Source: Chrysomallon squamiferum | Taxonomy: Eukaryota; Animalia; Mollusca | DNA: 64,000 nucleotides | Reading direction: 5' to 3' | Assembly (NCBI GenBank): GCA_012295275.1 | Contig: CM022676.1 | Span: forward strand, 15,562,001 to 15,626,000 | Shown here: piece after piece, positions 43,033-64,000 of the stretch | How positions within the stretch are numbered: the stretch's first letter is position 1 | How the letters are laid out: every line of letters starts with the position of its first letter | Made by a program: the position numbers and the translations under genes | Notes under the pieces: model-generated | What the model was told of the DNA's origin: nothing | What the model saw: the letters and a program-made list of their open reading frames with translations, nothing else | The model's database searches: none

Positions 43033-43311
43033 TTAATAATAATAATAATGTGTTTCCAATGTGGAGCCTGATTAAGACTTGCATTGTTTTAAATATTTGT
43101 ATCTAACCAGCTTCAAAAACAAAACATAATAATAGTAATAAATAGCAACTTGCTTATTTTTAATTTTTCATCATACAATTTAGGATACAGATAAATAACA
43201 AACATATTTAATTTACTGTCTTTGTTTTTGTTCTTCATGTTTTCTTCTTGAATTCCTTACAGTTCACATTCAGGATGTTGAAAAGTACAATATCCAATGG
43301 CAAATCTGTTT

Positions 43312-43800
43312 TGAGTTCCGGTAATTCTGCTAGTTTAAAAAGTTGACCTGTCTTTTCCATCATTTTAGTAGAAAACTGCTCATCAAAAATAATTTTCTCT
43401 GTGAAGAAATCAGCTTCAGCAGACACAGTATTCCATATTGGTAAGAAATAATTGGCACTGAACTTGGTAAGAGAGAGACTTGTTTAGACAGAGTTGCTCG
43501 TCTATCCTTTCATTGCTGTTTGATTGTAACTTTGTGTTAGTTTTGTAATTCAATGTCTCTTCCTTACTAACAGATTTCCATGAACACATTCTGACAATAA
43601 TTAACTTTTCCTACTGACAGATGTAAAAGTGGCATCAAAAAATTCTGAAAGTACTTTCGGATACTTTCTCTCCAGTGTTTCGGGTTGGTAGTTGCTTGCT
43701 TATCCTGCAACAATTGAACAGATGACTGATTTTCTTCTTATGTGGCTCAGTTCAGAAAGCAGGTTGGACAAGTTGTCAAGTTTTCTTAGCTTCAGGCCTG
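43312..43800 (-). mobile_element. Decayed YqaJ/lambda-exonuclease-like second ORF of the ISL2EU element
   Basis: YQVQCQLFLTNMEYC..DFFTEKIIFDEQF..MMEK..LFK..LPEL matches the YqaJ C-terminal motif; convergent to the transposase as expected for ISL2EU. Confidence 0.78.
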
Positions 43801-44405
43801 AGTTGACATACTAAAAGTACTAATCTAACTGTTCTTCTTTCGTCATTGCTTAGGTAAAGTAAATATCCTGCATAGTATTATAGTACAACTTTGATACTGC
43901 TAATAGAAGGAGCCAGTGTGACTTTTCTTGTTTATTTCTTGCTGTGTCCTATCTTTACTGAAGGTTCATCTACAAATAAATTATAAGAAAAACATAAAAT
44001 TGTCACTCACTTTTGTGTGTATGTACATAATGATATATCTATCACATGTATACACACATGTATCCACTCTGCCTCTCTCTCTGTCTGACACACACAAACA
44101 CACATACATATGTAAATTATCTTCATAATCTTCAATGAACAGATAGACAGACAGGTAGGTATCTGAAAATAGGCATGATTAGAGTGATGAAATTATTTGA
44201 ATAAATATATTTCCCTGACATATCGAGAATCTGAAACATTTACCCTGTAAATGTTACTTCTTAAATACAGTATAGCTCAACTAAAATAATCTGACAAAAA
44301 AAAAGGAGAAATTAAAATTTGTTCTAACACATAAAACTGTATACTTTCATAATATATTTTGTTTAAGTACCATAAACCAGTCAGCTGTGAAGATCTGAAC
44401 TCACA

Positions 44406-47197
<2,792 letters not shown>

Positions 47198-47389
47198 CTG
47201 TGGACAAAAATGTTTAAAAATGTTTATTTAAAAACAAACAACATGTGTTTACATGTTTAATATTCTATCTGCACCTACATTTACCCACACACTCAGTAGT
47301 AAATTATTGTCATTATCTGCACAGACAGATATGCAGATGTAGAGACAGATAGATACACTGATCAATAAATAAATAGGTAGTCACAGAGG

Positions 47390-47920
47390 GAGACATATTG
47401 ATATCTCAAACTAGTAAATAAACTGTCCTGATATATCAAAGTTTTGAAACCTGTACACTGTAAATGTTATTTCTTAAATACAGTATAGCTCTATATTGCT
47501 ACTAAAATAATTATTACAAAAATATTTATTTTTCTGTTTTTCCTTGTTTTAAATATTTCTTTTCATTTACTATGCATACACACATCAGATGATCTGGACA
47601 ACCAAAATCATTAGAACCTTTGACTGCATGAACTAAAACAGTCACAAAAAAATAAAAATAAACAAAAATAAAAATGTATTCTAAAATATAAAATTGCAGT
47701 TTCATAATTTACTTTTCAAATTTTATTATAAATTAGTTAGTTCTGGAGATTTGAACTCACAGCAAACAGAATGTGAGATCCATCTACTGTTTTACCATCT
47801 TCCTATTATTAATTCATGTAGTGATTTTGTTATCCAAAAAAGAATATAATAAATTACAGCTGACAGGTAAAAATCAAATAGTGACAACTTTGAAGGAACA
47901 TGATCTGAGGTCAGGTTGTT
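47390..47920. repeat. Segmental duplicate of 57615-58130, with a PCSK7 exon remnant (EDGKTVDGSHIL)
   Basis: Direct similarity to 57615-58130 and partly to 44215-44440. Confidence 0.85.
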
Positions 47921-48706
47921 ACATATAAATTATCAAATATAACCAGCATTTATTTAGAGCAGAACTCAGAATTTTGAGTGTTCTTGTTCTCAGCGTTGTT
48001 TCCTTTGCAAAGACAGCTCACTGAGTTGTTATTTAATTTATATGTAAATTACATGTTTTTATCAAAGCCTGGTATCATCTACTTTACATAGATTAAATAT
48101 TTTGTCATTGTATTGTAAATTAATACAATCGCAGCAATATACAGGTTACTTAAACTTTATTCAGTTTATTAAATAAATGTATAAATATGTACAGCTAAAT
48201 ACAAACACACACACAAATACATATATGTAAATATAATGAAAATAATTCTAAGATGTGTCTAACTCATAATGTATGATGTTGATTTTTCAACTCAGATTAT
48301 GTTAACAATTTATTTTATTAATTAGTTTTCTGTCACACCACATTTTACTTTTACAACTAATTTTTCAACTCGATGGATTTGCTTCAATAGGACTGGTATT
48401 TCATACTTAGAAGAAAAAAGAGAGATGTGATAGTCAATAGTCAGGCAGGAAAGCAGTGTTTGGAAATGACATTTTCTTTATGTAAGAGTATGGTAAGCCA
48501 TTCTCTGTTCTTAGGCTGATAGGGTATAATGTATACATTAACGTGTTGTGTTTATGTTTCTAGTGGATAGATAAAATTATTGTTTCATATAGACTGCTGT
48601 CAGTTTATTTTTTAAGTTCCTTACCAGGTATGGACACTGTGATGTATATAAATTACGCATAGAGCTATATAGAGACTCACAGATACAAACACACAGATAG
48701 TCTATA

Positions 48707-48753
<47 letters not shown>

Positions 48754-49355
48754 CAGCTATACCCACACTCCTATACATACATCCACAGATATGTATATGC
48801 ATATATATTTACAGTCATATGTGTTACCTCCCTTATTGTAGATTGGTATCGAGCGCTCGATACTGAGTAAAACGGGTAAGTCTGCGTAAACTTAATGTTC
48901 AGAACTCGGAGTGTTTCGTAAAACATGCATGGAAAAGAAGAACATTTTTCAGTCTATTAGACATGTTTCTGCGAACAGACACGATTCATCTATACGTGTC
49001 TCAGTGTCGCTAGATATTTTCGTTGACCATCTTATCAGAGTCATCGGCCCCGAATGAAGCAAAGCACTGGGACCCGTACGTGTACACATACACTGACTGC
49101 ACGTGTTACTTGACCAGGGGTCCCCATAGGTAACGCCCAGTGTACCTATACCTTACGACGATGCTGACTACATACTTAGTCCTGGTCTTAATATTGAAGC
49201 AATTCATCCCACCATCTATTTCAAGGTTAAAACTCCTTTCAGTTATTAGTATAAGAATAACTATAACGTAAAATCAGAGGAATTTTTTAAACATAATGTA
49301 TTTGTTTTATTGAAGAACTTTTCTTTAAGTAAAACCAAGAATTGAGAAATACTTG

Positions 49356-57060
<7,705 letters not shown>

Positions 57061-57062
57061 AG

Positions 57063-57440
57063 AGTTGACATAAAAGTACTGATCTAACTGTTTTTCCTTC
57101 ATGTTTGCTCAGGTAAAGTGAACATCTTGTAGAGTGTTACTTTGATACTGCTAATAGAAGGAGCCAGTGTGCCTTTTGTTGTCTATTTCTTACTGTTTAC
57201 TATCCTTACTGAAGGTCCATCTACAAATAAATTACACGAAAACATCAAACTATCTCTATCCACCACACATTATCACATGCATGCACTCTGTCTTTCTGCC
57301 TCGCACACACAGTACACACAAATACATATGTAAACTGTTTTTGATCATCTTGAACAAACACAGACAGATAAGTATCTCAAAATAAGCATGATTAGACTGA
57401 TGAACTTCTTAGAATAAATATATTTTCCTGATATCACAAA
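57063..57440. repeat. Segmental duplicate of 43801-44240
   Basis: AGTTGACATA..AAAAGTACT.ATCTAACTG..GATACTGCTAATAGAAGGAGCCAGTGTG shared. Confidence 0.8.
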
Positions 57441-58210
57441 GTTTTGAAAGCTGTGCTCTAGACAAAAACAAATGTGTGTAAGAAGAACATTACATTTACT
57501 TACTTTGGAACTATGTCTGACAAAGTCAGCAACTTTGTTTCTGAAATCATAAGTATTAGATCTATTTATATGCAAAGTGACAAACAGAGCGTTCACTCTA
57601 AGAGAGACAGACAGATTGATATCTCAAACAAGTAAATAAACTGTCCTGATATATCAAAGTTTTGAAACCTGTACACTGTAAATGTTATTTCTTAAATACA
57701 ACACAGCTCTATATTGCTACTAAACAATTATTATAAACACTATTTATTTTGTTGTCTTTCCTTGTTTTAAATATTTCTTTTCATTTACTATATATACACA
57801 CATCAGATGATCTGGACAACCAAAAACATTAGAACCTTTGACTGCATGAACTAAAACAGTCTTAAAAGAAATAAACAGAAACATTGAAATTTGTTCTCAA
57901 ATATAATACTGCACAGTTTCATAATTTATTTTTCAAATGTTAATATAAACTAGTTAGTTCTGAAGATTTGAACTCACAGCAGCCAGAATGTGGGATCCAT
58001 CTACTGTTTTACCATCTTCATGTTATTAGTTTATGTAGTCATTTTGTTATCCAAATAGGAATATAATAAATTTACAGCTGATAGGTAACAAATTTAACAA
58101 CTTTGAAGGAACATGGTCTGTTGTTAAACATAGCACTAAAAATATAACTTCCGCATTAGTAGTTAATATGGGTTACATATACATACACAAAAACACCACA
58201 ACAACAACAA

Positions 58211-58257
<47 letters not shown>

Positions 58258-58261
58258 TAAA

Positions 58262-58302
<41 letters not shown>

Positions 58303-58619
58303 TAATAATAATAATAAATTAATTAATTAATTAAATAAATAAATAGAAATATGATGACGTGATGAATATAATAAATCAGCTATAAATAAATAGAGAGATA
58401 GATAAATAAAAACAAATATATAAATAGATAGACGGATAGATAGACAGATAAAAAAAAATAAAAAAAATAAATAAGTAAATAAATTAATAAAAGCTGCAGG
58501 AACCTGAAGGAAGTTTTCAGAACGCTTTATCATTATTTATAGAAATAGTTAAATTTAATTAGAGTCTTGTTTAATGATGTTAGTTTCTACTTATTATTAT
58601 TGATAGTGTGGAATTATTT

Positions 58620-59450
58620 GTTCTTACTTTCACTCTTTCCTATCTTAAAATGTATATAATGTAAGTTATATACAAAGCACACTTAACTTGTTGTTAAATC
58701 CTGAAGTCACAAATCATTATATAGACAAATGTCACATACATGCGTTTGTAGTGTAAACTGATTATACTAAATTAATGGAATATAATTGTCTACACTGTTT
58801 CTCACCAGTGATTTAACACAGCTACAACCAGTTACAATCATGTTTACAAAATGTTAGATTATCAAATTTACTATATATAGATTAATCAGAATATGACTAA
58901 CCAAAGTTTAATCACAGTTTTATAAATTTATCGCAATTTTATGCTGTACAGTATCAGCTAATTGAAAGAAACACGCTTTAACTTTAAAACATAACACACT
59001 ATACAAATATACACTGCATATAACATTGCCCGAATGTAAAGATAATGCAAGTATCAAACCACATTTAAAACATATGTGTATAACAAGATTCTTGAATGAA
59101 TAATTGTCAAATGTTTGACATATGTAAGAATGTCTGTATGCGTATGTATACGTATTGTAAAATTAATAACATAAGCTGTTTCGATGTTTTAAGTAAATAC
59201 ATTAATAAAGCTATACTTTGTTATGTTGGTGCATTATCATCGACGCCAAATACATGTAACACAAAACAACCTTAGCCCAAAATGACTGGCATTTATGTCA
59301 TTACCATTTCATAATATTATTTAAGCCTTCTATTTCATACCCTTTGTTTGTTTGTTCTTTCATTACTTCATTTTGTACCTTCCTTCATTCTTTCTTGATT
59401 TTCTTGCCAGAAGTCTTAATACATATTGACCCTTCAGAATTTATTTATTT
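58620..59450 (-). pseudogene. Deleted remnant of 3' UTR and last exon of receptor paralog
   Basis: Aligns piecewise to 23590-25490; only ATTATCATCGACGCCAAATAC (VFGVDDN) of the last exon survives near 59233-59253. Confidence 0.75.
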
Positions 59451-59655
59451 TTCTTGTTACAGTTTTCTTTTCTATTTATCTGAAATTGTTTAACTGATAC
59501 TCATTTCCCGATCTCTCTCTCTCTCTCAGGCACACACACACACAGACACGCACACACACACAAACACACACACACACGCACACACACGGAGGAAGATGAA
59601 CTCAAAAGTATTCAATATTAAAAATAAAACAAGAACAAAGACGCAAACTACGAAC

Positions 59656-59760
59656 CTTTGTTTCGGTCCTCGACATATAAAGATAGCTGCAATAACAAGA
59701 AGACGAGAATCCCTGATCCTGATCCAACAGCGACTATCAAATTTTCATTAGACTCGCCAT
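59656..59760 (-). CDS. TM exon of paralog with compensating indels
   Basis: 105 nt; DGESNENLIVAVGSGSGILVFLLLQLSLYVEDRNK; 7-nt deletion and +1 relative to 27411-27524. Confidence 0.65.
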
Positions 59761-60269
59761 CTGAAATAACATTTCATTTCAACAGAAGTATACCATGCAA
59801 ACTATTGCTGTTTGATTTATGTACAGCATAAAAAATATAGCCTAAATGTATAGTGAAATAAAATTTTAAAATATCACAGATATAAATAAGGAAATAAGAG
59901 TAAAAGTTAAAAGAAAAGAAATAATTCCAATGAAATGTAAAACTGTTATTTAATATTGTTATGATTTAGGAGATACAAAGCCTTGATATATTAAGATCAT
60001 TTAGCTTCAACAATTAGATGTATTGCAGCACAGTTTTAAAAATCAGTATGTGAAAATACTGAGGATATTTATAAATTTGTTTATTTATTTACAAATTTCG
60101 TTATCGAACATTTCGCGGTGTGGTAATATTTAGACCCATGTTTCCACTCAATCGCTTAATCAAATTTCTTAAAGATACAATTATTTCAACTGGAATTGTT
60201 TTTGTTTCATATTCTTAGGCAACTAAAAGTTTGCTAATAAGTTTACTTCGTCTGTGATGTCAGAGACTC

Positions 60270-60401
60270 TATCAGTTGTATGGGTTGTATGTAGACAACG
60301 TCCTGGAAATTTCTCTATGAAGTTGTTCCAGTGTGTTGACGTGTTTTCTCTGAGATGGAGGAAGAGTAACGGCCCACAGTTGGAAGATTTGCTCGGTGGA
60401 C
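60270..60401 (-). pseudogene. Internally deleted ghost FN3 exon
   Basis: RENTSTHWNNFIEKFPGRCLHTTHTT fused to the 5' piece GCTCGGTGGAC/CTGAGATGGAGGAAGAG. Confidence 0.75.
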
Positions 60402-61298
60402 AAAAGTAAAGGAATTTTTGAAATAAAGAATGAAAGAATGAATAAATAATCAAATATTATTAATGAAAACTCGATTATAAATGCCACAAAAATCGATTAA
60501 CATGAAAAATCGAACGAAAAAATGTATGAAATGTAATCGAAGCATACTAACTTAAAGCTATAATAATAATAATTAGGCAAATATTAAAAGTACAGAATAA
60601 AGAAAATCTAAAAACATTTTAGAGAGAAATTGTTCATCAATAGAATATAAAATATTTGAAATAAGTATCCATCTATATAGCTCAGAAGTATGAGGTATTA
60701 AAGAAAATCTTAATTGCAGGTATCATATGGGCAAAGATAAAAATAAACTACGTAAACAATGAAAAAAAATGTATGTTAATGAAATATTAAAATGACATTA
60801 AACCTACTGAAACAGATATTTAAAATGATAACCCATAAAATTATGTAAATAATACTGAACAGCACATATAAACTAACTATTTATAGACAGTAAGATCAGT
60901 ATTAACAAAACACTCTAAGTATATTTCCAAATGTTACCAAAAGAAGATGGTATACCTGTAATAAACATGAAAGTAATTAATATGTTCAGCTTACGTTTCA
61001 GAAGTCAAAGGCTGCATCTGAAAACTTCAGCAGAAGCTTCACCATTTTTATCCGGTGATTCATAGATATAAATAACAATATAATCAAGATACGTTTCTGT
61101 AAATTGCTAATGAACAATAGTGCGTATGTAATGCAAAGCACAAAACAAATGCTTAACTATCTCATGAAGATGGTTAGTAAATTAGAAATATTTATATACA
61201 AAATAATATATTTTCAATCATTCAAGTTACAACAAAAAATATATATTACAAACAAACAAAAATTATATGATGTGTGTTTGTATGTTTATGCTCTCTCG

Positions 61299-61386
<88 letters not shown>

Positions 61387-61508
61387 GTCTAGGTATAGGT
61401 GAATGTGTGTGTCCTGGAAAAAACTAGCAAGACGGTATAAATATTAGAAGATCGACATTATTGTTATTAAGACTATGTGTATCCAATTTCACTTGCACAT
61501 TTTTTTTT

Positions 61509-61882
61509 TAAATTTACAAGTTAAAACAAAAGAAAGATGGTTAAGAAATAAAAACAAAACCTTTAGTCAAATCCATAGTATAAACCAATAAAACTATATG
61601 AGGATGCTGTATAGGAAAAACAAGAACAGCACCATAATTATTATTAACAGGTGTTTACATACGACATGACTTGTACAATTGTTTTAAAATGTACAAGTTA
61701 AAACAAAAGAAACATGGTTAAGAAATAAAAACAAAACCTTTAGTCAAATCCATAGTATAAACTAATAAAACTATATGAGTATGCTGTATAGGAAAAACAA
61801 GAACACCACAATCATTATTAGTAACAAGTGTTTACATACTACAGGACTTGTACAATTTGTTTTAAAATGTACAAGTAAAAAC
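61509..61882. repeat. About 178-bp tandem duplication (2 copies plus start of a third) in intron
   Basis: TACAAGTTAAAACAAAAGAAA.ATGGTTAAGAAATAAAAACAAAACCTTTAGTCAAATCCATAGTATAAAC at about 61515 and 61692. Confidence 0.9.
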
Positions 61883-61992
61883 AAATAATTACTGCAAAAT
61901 AATTTCCGGTGTTATCGAGACTGGAAACAAGTAACATTATATGATACACACCTGTATAGAAATGTATGATACCTTATTATTAATATACGCAC

Positions 61993-62292
61993 CTGTCATC
62001 AAAATAGCTCTCTCATCTGTAAAACCTTTAACTCCGTATTTGCTATAAGCCAAAATCCTCACAAGATACTTCGTGTCTGATTTAAGAGATGCTATCACTG
62101 TTGTATGTGTTGTATGTAGACCACGTTCAAGAAATTTCTCTGTGACGTTGATCCAGTGTGTTGACGTGTTTTCTCTGTACTGTACTATGAATGTTTGCAC
62201 GAAGCCGCCGTTATATTCCTCTGTCCAAGACACTGAGATGGCAGAAGAACTGATTCTCTTTATGTTCACATTGGAAGGAATCCTGGGTGGAC
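61993..62292 (-). CDS. FN3 exon of receptor paralog
   Basis: 300 nt, phase 1-1, highly similar to 28351-28650. Confidence 0.9.
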
Positions 62293-62596
62293 CTTGCAGG
62301 CAAAAACACAGTCAGGCTAATTAACATTGATAAACCTGACCATATTAGAAGTAGAACGAAAACAGTGTACGTATGTTTGTGTGTGTGTCTGTATATGTCT
62401 TATCACGTCTCTGTGTGTCTGCCTGTATGAGTGTATATCTGTGTACATATATATAAATGTGCATTCGTTACTTTTCTTTTACTATTACTGATATTCTATT
62501 TTGTGATTATTGTATTTTTTGTTTTTGTTAGGTTTAGTTTCCTTTTAGTTTTTAATTTTTTGCATACCAAAATAATTACTGGTGTTAATATCTTAC

Positions 62597-62875
62597 ATTT
62601 AACAACAAGCTGCACACTCTGACTGACATCAGACTTGATGTTGTTTCCTGCTTCACAAGTGTAAAATCCTGTATCCAGACATCCAGCTTCATTCCAGCTG
62701 TACTCCACTGACTTGGAGTTGTTCACTTCACGTAGAATGTGTGAGTTGTTTAACAGTTTGATGTGAGATGCTGGATTACTGTCAACTTCACACCTCAGAG
62801 TCATCGGAGTCAGCTCATCAACTGTTATCTTTGTAGACTTCGAGTTTAACGTCAAAGATGTGATAGAAGTGTGGT
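62597..62875 (-). CDS. Canonical I/C2-set Ig domain exon (nephrin/hemicentin-like); gene continues beyond right edge
   Basis: TLRCEVDSNPAS.I..AGCLDTGFYTCEAGNNI..VQLVVK; 279 nt, phase 1-1. Confidence 0.9.
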
Positions 62876-64000
62876 CTGCAATGGTAGAAAACATTTTCTG
62901 CATGTAAATTCACTGACGTTTGATCTGCAAGTGAAACCAGTCATACACTAGTGATTACTACAACAAAGAGTTTCAGTTGTTTTAGTCGAAAAACGGTTCT
63001 GTATGAGTGCAAATAAAAACATTTTCTACAATACTTTAAGTTTTATTTTCATTTACTAGTACATTAGAATTAACACAGAAAAATCAGGAAAGGTAAGCAT
63101 TATTCATGGTAACTTAATTTAGGAAAAAATATTTATAAATAATTCTTTATTTGTATATAGCTAAAACAAAATCACGTTGAAAACTTTCATAAAAGTACTG
63201 ACAACATGATATGTAAACAGTGTCAGCACATCTACAGCACTATCTAGTCAAACACGTTTCTCCAGTTGACACTGAATTTTTCTATAAAAACCTGTTAAGA
63301 ATTTTGCTTACCACGGTACAAATACGATTAAAAGAGTGAGCAAAACCAACAACCACAAAAAATGATAATGAAATTTAAAATAATAATAATAAATAAATAA
63401 ATACATAAAATAAATAAATTAAATAAAATAAAATAAATAAAAAATACAAAATGAATAATAAAAAGTATTCACTAATAATACTAGAATAATGTTAGAATTT
63501 CAGATAGGAATACAGACTAAATGCAACATAATTTAAAATGTAATGAAAAAAGATATAATTCTGAGTGACAGATTTGTAACATTACTGATTTGGTAATGTA
63601 TGCGAGACAGAAATGGTAAATATTTATAAAGTGAATACATTATATGTATAACATTTTATTTCTTAAATTATTTTATTGAATTTTTGTTTCAAATTTAGTT
63701 AAAAAGAAATAAAATATAGCGAGAACTCTGAAGAATCCGCTGAAAAACTATGTTATTTTAAAATATTTCTATACCTTATTAACATGCTTTCATTTAACAC
63801 ATTTTGTCGAGATCAATTAAAAAAGAAAAGCGGGGATTCGATATTTAACTATTATTTTTATTTTTATTTTATTTTGTTGACATATTATTTTTGTATTCAA
63901 TGCTGTAAGTTTACCTGTGAATTTGGAACTTACAAAGAACTCTAAGGTGGAACTGATTACTTCCTGAGTGTTCAGAACTATTTGCTGTACATGTAAATAA

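Noticed and set aside
48830-49215. GC-richer patch, possible SINE or ncRNA (similar patches at 12260-12560 and 27830-28000)
   Set aside because: No clear tRNA A/B boxes, cloverleaf or TSD identified by eye.

Overview
AT-rich, microsatellite-dense, intron-containing animal DNA; probably a mollusc and plausibly a coleoid cephalopod (inference from repeat style and gene content). All host genes lie on the minus strand and were reconstructed by hand from GT-AG sites and intron phases. (1) 23-17825: a multi-SRCR gene with a leader exon and 8 group-A SRCR domains in a period-3 array, running off the left edge; domains 4 and 5 are frameshifted. (2) 24874-35397: a type-I receptor with leader, four atypical Cys-rich Ig-like domains (A-B-A-B), Thr/Ser stalk, FN3, TM and a Tyr-motif tail. 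Its leader exon and upstream block are homologous to those of the SRCR gene. (3) 39-41 kb: a disabled paralog with an Ig-like exon and a 30-bp mucin-type repeat exon. (4) A decayed ISL2EU-type transposon. (5) A multi-exon PCSK7 (PC7 convertase) pseudogene fragment. (6) 49356-51929: a secreted precursor with KR/RxKR sites and a cationic C-terminal domain resembling bacterial CdiA/RHS/MafB polymorphic-toxin tips; its first exon is duplicated at 54472-54685. (7) 59.6-62.9 kb: an Ig-FN3-TM paralog of gene 2 that has lost its cytoplasmic exons. The window looks like a fast-evolving, exon-shuffled immune-type cluster. Family assignments come from motif recognition only; no database search was run.
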